From assembly GCF_016432865.1 (NCBI RefSeq), contig NC_067399.1, positions 607,972,001 through 608,036,000 of the forward strand: a DNA stretch of 64,000 nt. The letters are read 5' to 3'. The notes below the pieces were generated by a model. The model did no database searches, was not told the origin of the DNA, and was given only the letters and a program-made list of their open reading frames with translations. The DNA is from Antechinus flavipes (Eukaryota). Below, piece after piece: positions 60,140 through 64,000 of this stretch (the first letter of the stretch is position 1; every line of letters begins with the position of its first letter). The position numbers and the translations under genes were made by a program.

Positions 60140-61050
60140 TCCTGGATTCTCTGATTTTCCTTCAATGTCCAGATGACTCCCAACACTAACATCCAATTCT
60201 CATAGTTCTTCTGAGCTCCAGAATGCTTGTATTTTTAGCAGCCTAGAACATACCTCTTTCTACCTAGAAGTCTAGCTGCCATCTTAAACGTGACATGTTC
60301 AAAATGGAATTGAATATCTTTCCATGTAAACCTACACCGTTTTCTGTCTTTGCTCTTTCTCTCAGTGACATCACCATTTGATTGGTCTGGGTTTGGAAAC
60401 TTGGTGACCTTCCCATTTCCCCCACCTCACATAGCCAATTAATTACAAAGCCTTGCTGATTCTTCCATTTCATTCTTTCCTCCTCTGTCCCCTCTTTCTC
60501 TATCCTAAAATAAGGCTTTTATTGTCTCCCACCTGGAATATTGCCAGAGTCTTATTGCCTCTGCTTTCTCAACTTCCAAAACTCCTTCACATTTTCCAGG
60601 ATCATCTTCCTTTTTTTTTTTTTTTTTAATAACAGCTTTTTATTTTCAAAATACATGCAAAGATAGTTTTCAACATTAACCCTTGCAAAACCTTGTGTTC
60701 ATATTTTTCTTCCTCCCTTCCTACCACCCCCAGACAACAAGTAATCCAGTAAATTCCACAAAGTTCTTATTAATTTGTACTGTATTTATCTGCATATTTG
60801 TCATTTCCCAGTGTTATACTTATATCTTCCCTAATATCTATAATATTAACATATGCAATTCTTCTCAACATATTTTCACATTTATCATGCTGTGCAAGAA
60901 AAAAATGAAAGAATAACAAATAAGCAAATAGCAATAAAAAAGTGAAAATATTATGTTACAGGATCATTTTCCTTAATGCATAAAGCTGTCACTTTTCTGC
61001 TAAAAACAAAACAAAACACTTTTTATTGTTTTTGATTGCCTACTGAGTAA
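60140..61050 (+). mobile_element. L2 RT/3' region fragment interrupted by an L1 tail
   Basis: CAGATGACTCCC (YADD region) and typical downstream L2 sequence. A further L2 ORF2 piece lies at about 63480-63780. Confidence 0.6.
60612..60958 (-). mobile_element. L1 3' UTR fragment with 15-bp TSD
   Basis: CAGGATCATCTTCCT 60597-60611 and CAGGATCATTTTCCT 60959-60973 (one mismatch). Confidence 0.85.
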
Positions 61051-64000
61051 ACTTTGAACTTTAATTGGCATTCAAGGCTTTCTTAGTCTACCATCAACAA
61101 GATCCTCTACAACATTCCCACCTCCTGCTGTTTTCTATGCTTCAAATGTTTCAGATTTCTACCTATTAAATTCATCTCCCTCTTTTACAGACCAGTTACA
61201 TCATTTTTCCTATAGGAAAGATTATGACCTCAGTTCTTAACAATCTCTGTCCTTTAAACTCCACAAAGTTCTTATTAATTTGTACCATAATTATTTGAAA
61301 AATGTCCTTTCCTAGTGCTATACTTATTATTTTCCCTAATACCTATAATAATAATAATATCATTTATATAGCACTTTAAGGTTTAAATGCTTTACATATA
61401 TTATCTCATTTGCTCCTTGCCACAATCCAGGTAGGTAATTGCCAACTCTATCCTCATTTGCAGTTGAGGAAACTGGCATAGAGTGGGATTAAGTAACTAG
61501 ACCAAAGTCATAGATCTAGCATGAGTCTGAGGTTAGATTCCAACTCATGTCTTTCTAACTCCATGTCTAATACTCTACCCACTCCATCACCCAGCTGCTA
61601 AAGCACAGTGTTCTGCAAATTGTCATTCAGTCATGCCTGATTCTTTGTGACTCCATAGACTATACCACCCATGGGGCTTTCTTGGCAAAAATGCTGGAAT
61701 GGTTTGCCATTTTCTTCTGCATTCAAGAGATTAAGTGACTTGCCCAGGATCACACAGGCCCCATTTGAATTCAGATTTTCTGGCTCCAAGCCCAGTGCTC
61801 TATCCACTGAGCCTCAAAAAGCTTCCAAGCAACTACTCTGCAAATAGTAGGCATTTATTGCATATTTGTGGATTTGACTGGTGAGGCCAGTAAGGAGATG
61901 GAAATAATATCATATCTTTCTTATTGGAAAAGTATTTCTCTGTGTAGTGAAAAGAGCTTGATTTGAGTAGACCCTGAGATAATTAGCTTTGTCACTCACT
62001 ATACAATCTCGAATGATCTCTTGATCTCTCTCAGTCTCAATTTCACACAAAGTCCCTTTTCACTCTTTCCGCCTTTCTCCTCCATTCTCAAAGATGTCAG
62101 TGTCTGACGTACATGGCATTCTCCATCCCAAGCTGAGCCTTCTGATTTAGAGACTTAAGCAATTTGTTGATCATTCTCAGTTTCCATGATGTATTGTTTC
62201 ATTTTATAGGTACACATATAAATGGTTATGCCTTTAAATTGAACCACCCATAATTGTGATGCTTCCATGATCTGAATTTCCCTTCTCTGAGAAAATCTGT
62301 CATTCCATCGCTCCCTCTGCTTCACTCTTGGAATAATTCTTTAGTTCCATAATCTTAGGCTCAATGAACTAGATCTAGAAAGGACTTTGAAGTCCTTCCC
62401 AACCCCTCATTTTATGAATGTCTAATTCATTTCATGGAGTCTAATCCAACCCTTCATTTTTCAAATGAGGTAACTGACATTCAGAGAGGGGGTAAATGGA
62501 CTGCTTAGTGATACCTTAACAGAACTAAAAAAAATTGAAGGCAATCAGGATTAAGTGACTTGTCCAGAGTTATATAGTAAGTATCTGAGGCTGGATTTGA
62601 ACTCAGGTTGTCTTGGATTCAAAAGTGGTATTCTATCCACTGCACCAGATCCATGAAGCTAGAATTCTCAGATATAATGCCCCTAAGTGCAACATTGGAC
62701 TGATCTCCAACCCCTCCATCCCTCTCTGTTCTTCTAACTTAGGAATCCCTAACCTTTTTTAGTCCCTGTAGTGGTCTGTGCTTTTGGTAAGGCTTCTCCT
62801 AACTACTATTATATTTGAAAGGACACAAACTGAGTTTTCTAATCATTGGAGTTAATATTTGTAATTAAAGACAGCCATGATGGTGGAGTCAATGTACAAT
62901 GTGTCCAGTTGTGGCTGACCCAATCAATATGAGCCCCAAAGATTTTACTACATACAGGTTAGCTACAAACAGTAAGTATAAAAGGAAGAATGGGAATAAG
63001 TATAAATTAAGTGCCTACTATATGCCAGACACTGTGCTAAGTGCTTCATAAATATTTTCTTATTTGATCCTCACAATAACTTTGGGAGTTGGTTGCTAGG
63101 TAGTATTATCTCCATTCCACAGTTTAAGAAACTGAGGTAAATCAAGGTTAAATGACTTGTCCAAAATATACAATTAGCTAAGTACAAAGCCAGATTTGAA
63201 TTCAGATTTTCCTTCTTGACTCCAAGTCCAACGCTCTATCCACTTTGACAGCTAGAAATAAGAGATAAAAAAGATTAATTTCAGCCAGAAAATGTAGTTA
63301 TTTAGCAAGTATTGCCTGTACCTCTTTGAATAGCTTCTTCTACCCCTTAAGTATGTGTGTGTGTTTATACATACATACATACATACATACAATACATATG
63401 TATGTATGTATGTATACACACACTTGTTCTACAAGTTGTATAGTGTATTTTAGGAAACTCTATACAAACTCTTATTCTAATTCATCACTCCTGCATTGCC
63501 TATCCTTTTCCTCTGAACTATTTTGACCCCTTAGTTGATCTTTACAATGGTTTCAATGGACACTGTTCCTCACCCTGACACCCCTTTCCTTTCTTTTGGT
63601 CAATCCTTAATCCTCAATACTTGGTCTACTCTATCCCTACTTGAGAGCTGCTAAATGCCAATGAAATCACAATCATGTTGACTAGGATTGCTATAAACTT
63701 ATGCTGTGTAATTCCAACTGGGTCCTCACTATTGCATGGCTAGACTATTTTTCTTTCCAGTTTTCCTCTTGTCAAATTCCTTTCCTTTAAGTCTATATCT
63801 TAGCCAGAAATTGGAAGGGCTTCAATTCCCTCTAAAAAGTGAGCTTCGTCCCTAGTTTCAGAAAGTACCCACAGGAAACAGAGATCTCAAGTCTTGGGGC
63901 TCTGCCTCCTAGTGTTCGTTTATCTCTTGACCCATTCAAAATTCCTCATGTGCCAACAGCACAACTTTCCCTCATCCTCTCAGTAGCAATGTCAGAGTTA

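Overview
Eukaryotic, AT-rich, repeat-dense window from a marsupial genome. WSINE1, MAR1 and WALLSI SINEs and the L1 tails point to a dasyurid such as the Tasmanian devil (inference). It holds the last six coding exons of RPP30 (+ strand, 345-9317, RNase P/MRP subunit p30) and the complete nine-exon ANKRD1/CARP gene (- strand, 24575-15494, 316 aa), arranged tail to tail. About 39 kb of repeat-rich intergenic DNA upstream of ANKRD1 follows, and there are three assembly gaps. All 15 exons were read by hand with canonical splice sites and continuous frame. Almost all entries in the ORF track are spurious. I found no convincing new biological system. The most notable observations are a U12-type minor intron in RPP30, marsupial ANKRD1 residues at positions reported as human cardiomyopathy variants, a locally templated insertion inside an L1 tail, two L1 tails with the same 5' breakpoint, and several candidate muscle/stress enhancer motif clusters. 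Repeat family names, human comparisons and variant positions are from memory and need database confirmation.
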